Shown: one piece after another, positions 38,047 to 38,188 of the stretch
How positions within the stretch are numbered: position 1 is the stretch's first letter
Layout of the letters: every line of letters starts with the position of its first letter
Virus record (IMG/VR): IMGVR_UViG_2049941000_000131
Reading direction: 5' to 3' (one strand)
Origin: an uncultured virus (IMG/VR IMGVR_UViG_2049941000_000131)
Taxonomy: Duplodnaviria; Heunggongvirae; Uroviricota; Caudoviricetes
Length of the DNA stretch: 38,188 nucleotides
Program-made: the position numbers and the translations under genes
Notes under the pieces: generated by a model
Database searches by the model: none
Seen by the model: only the letters and a program-made list of their open reading frames with translations
What the model was told of the DNA's origin: nothing

Positions 38047-38188
38047 NNNNNNNNNNACAGTTGGTTCGTCTTCTGCATTGTTCATGACTTCAATCGGATC
38101 GTACGGTTTACAAGTTCGTTCCGATCCTTGCGATATATTCAAGATCCTCTTGACTGATGCTGCCATAGCTTCCAATTTCTCGCTCTTC

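Overview
This is a heavily gapped scaffold of a temperate, long-tailed HK97-fold phage, probably infecting Clostridia (inferred from gene families and a tRNA-Pro-type attachment core). It contains an integrase with an intact attP, a repressor/Cro switch, and an early operon. That operon encodes an ERF recombinase, SSB, a replication initiator, a DnaC-like loader, YopX, two DNA methyltransferases, an SNF2-like helicase and a PAPS-reductase-family protein. Terminase, portal, ClpP, capsid, tail, holin and amidase genes complete the set. Many 10-N gaps separate near-duplicate fragments, so the scaffold mixes at least 2-3 related phage haplotypes, and order or orientation across gaps is unreliable. 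No CRISPR array, complete tRNA, rRNA, reverse transcriptase or transposase is visible. The best leads are: (1) early genes bounded by identical stop/RBS/start direct repeats, suggesting exchangeable cassettes; (2) a consensus antisense promoter driving a roughly 55-nt terminated small RNA inside the early operon; (3) a face-to-face promoter switch with a leaderless 20-aa ORF at +1; (4) a second, misplaced prohead-protease-like gene fused to YopX; (5) co-occurring alleles with swapped repressor HTH and tail-fibre domains. Family calls come from motif recognition only, and none of these leads is proven to be a new system.
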